DNA of 64,000 nucleotides from the human T2T-CHM13v2.0 reference genome, Homo sapiens: NCBI GenBank assembly GCA_009914755.4, contig CP068257.2, positions 34,432,001 to 34,496,000 of the forward strand, read 5' to 3'. Shown piece by piece: positions 63,540 to 64,000 of this stretch (position 1 is its first letter; each line of letters starts with the position of its first letter). The notes under the pieces were generated by a model. It saw only the letters and a program-made list of their open reading frames with translations, ran no database searches and was not told where the DNA came from. The position numbers and the translations under genes were made by a program.

Positions 63540-64000
63540 CTACAAAGCTAAACAGACAAAATGCAGTTGTTGCTTACCTGAAACAAATGTTTGCGGCATC
63601 TAAGGACTGATAGGCTGGGACAGAATTAAGATAGTGTTAGGAAAGGGTCCCCTAAGGTTGGGTCGAGTTGCCCTTTCATAGGAAGAAGAGAGGCCTGGGA
63701 AAACTTTCTAACCAGGAAGGTAGACATTAATGTCCATAGTTAACATTAGTCAATGATTATTTACTAGGTATGCTCTTTTTAGAGACGTTTATGTACCCTC
63801 TCGTTTAGTCTTAGTACAGCTCATAATGAGCTGGTACTATTATAACCCTCATTTTACAGAGGAGGAAACAGCCTTCACATGTGTACAGAAATCAGTGAAG
63901 CCTGCCTATCACCCATACTTGCTGGGTTCAACATGAATGGCACAGGCAAGGAGAAAGCCCTGTGACCAGCGGTACCAGAAAGAGTGAAAGGGCGCCATCT

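Overview
This window is human (primate) genomic DNA, not a prokaryotic or novel-system locus. It carries about 39 Alu copies, old L1 fragments, MaLR/THE1 and ERV LTRs, and GT-AG introns. I recognise it as the chr21q22.12 CBR1 neighbourhood. The complete carbonyl reductase 1 gene (CBR1, + strand) is present with three coding exons at 21175-21463, 22009-22116 and 23505-23941. They translate exactly to the 277-aa CBR1 protein. Upstream is a GC-box/CpG promoter and downstream an AATAAA signal at 24202. On the minus strand lie the first three coding exons of SETD4 (ATG exon 9874-9946, then 8167-8262 and 4641-4678). A ~1.1-kb CpG island at ~10.85-11.96 kb is its likely promoter, so SETD4 and CBR1 are divergently arranged about 10 kb apart. 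A SETD4 intron holds a textbook processed pseudogene of RIMKLB (RIMKLBP1-like, 1078-3063) with polyA tail, AATAAA and 11-13-bp target-site duplications. It keeps a 364-codon reading frame but has an apparent initiator loss and one GGA>TGA nonsense change. Between the two promoters sits a rearranged ERV9 LTR12-family element (12.86-15.3 kb) carrying an Alu. It is oriented toward CBR1 and its 3' flank carries a GCGTG xenobiotic-response core at about -5.79 kb from the CBR1 ATG. Other features are a 68-bp x ~7 minisatellite (5575-6046) and a polyadenylated U6 snRNA retropseudogene with 11-bp TSDs abutting an L1 fragment (17.6 kb). The distal half holds a MER11/HERVK11 partial provirus (49.3-51.4 kb) and a ~6-kb gammaretrovirus-like ERV1 provirus with paired LTRs, RNase H and env SU/TM remnants (55.3-61.4 kb) inside a cluster of related ERV fragments. 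Several microsatellites are present, including (GGAA)n. I see no evidence of an undescribed biological system. The interesting points are regulatory (TE-derived sequence near CBR1 control elements) and the retro-element architecture. All coordinates for repeats are approximate (about +/-10 bp); family names for older repeats are from memory and not database-verified.
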